Source: Octopus sinensis (taxonomy: Eukaryota). From it: DNA of 64,000 bases. Under the pieces are notes generated by a model, which saw only the letters and a list, made by a program, of their open reading frames with translations, was not told the DNA's origin and did not search any database. The position numbers were made by a program, and so were the translations under genes. Each line of letters starts with the position of its first letter. The first letter of the stretch is position 1. The stretch covers positions 54,994,001 to 55,058,000 of the forward strand of contig NC_043002.1 in NCBI RefSeq assembly GCF_006345805.1, given 5' to 3'. Below are positions 63,924 to 64,000 of the stretch, piece by piece.

Positions 63924-64000
63924 CTGGCTACATTCCCTCTCATCTTCCACCTCTCTGAAATCAGAAGTCAATGATACTGTTTCAACAACTCCACTAACTG
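63924..64000 (-). CDS. Candidate coding exon running off the window end (VSGVVETVSLTSDFREVEDERECSQ)
   Basis: Minus strand open frame ending at a strong phase-0 donor CAG|GTGAGT (63923-63918); unique sequence. Confidence 0.4.

Noticed and set aside
854-63974. The great majority of six-frame ORFs (poly-I/Y, HT, RE, SL, YLSI, poly-D/M/H peptides)
   Set aside because: Translations of microsatellites or SINE bodies; no splice or domain support.

Overview
Animal genomic DNA, almost certainly an octopus. The evidence is the AT-rich composition, dense (TA)n/(CA)n/(GA)n/(TATC)n/(GAT)n microsatellites and dozens of tRNA-headed SINE copies of a few recurring families. There is one 100-N scaffold gap (57927-58026). 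No complete protein-coding gene, rRNA, intact tRNA or CRISPR array can be supported, and nearly all ORFs in the supplied track are translations of microsatellites or SINEs. Supported content: CORE-type and other SINEs, a decayed RTE-clade LINE fragment, hAT-, Mutator-, mariner- and piggyBac-type MITEs, a Helitron-like end, local tandem and inverted duplications, and a few isolated low-confidence candidate exons. The most interesting signal is a set of sequence-unrelated minimal type-I hammerhead ribozyme motifs, mostly with palindromic stem III (the dimer-cleaving form known from Penelope-like elements and retrozymes). One sits in a tRNA-headed SINE-like unit (8.4 kb), one lies at 12.9 kb, two are in the arms of a ~470-bp palindrome (18.7-19.2 kb), two form a tandem pair whose predicted cleavage sites are exactly 246 nt apart (43.3-43.55 kb, retrozyme-like) and a degenerate one lies at 46.5 kb. 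A left-to-right change in CpG decay near 17-18.5 kb suggests a methylation-domain boundary. SINE family names and species are from recall of published families, not from a database search. Repeat boundaries are approximate.
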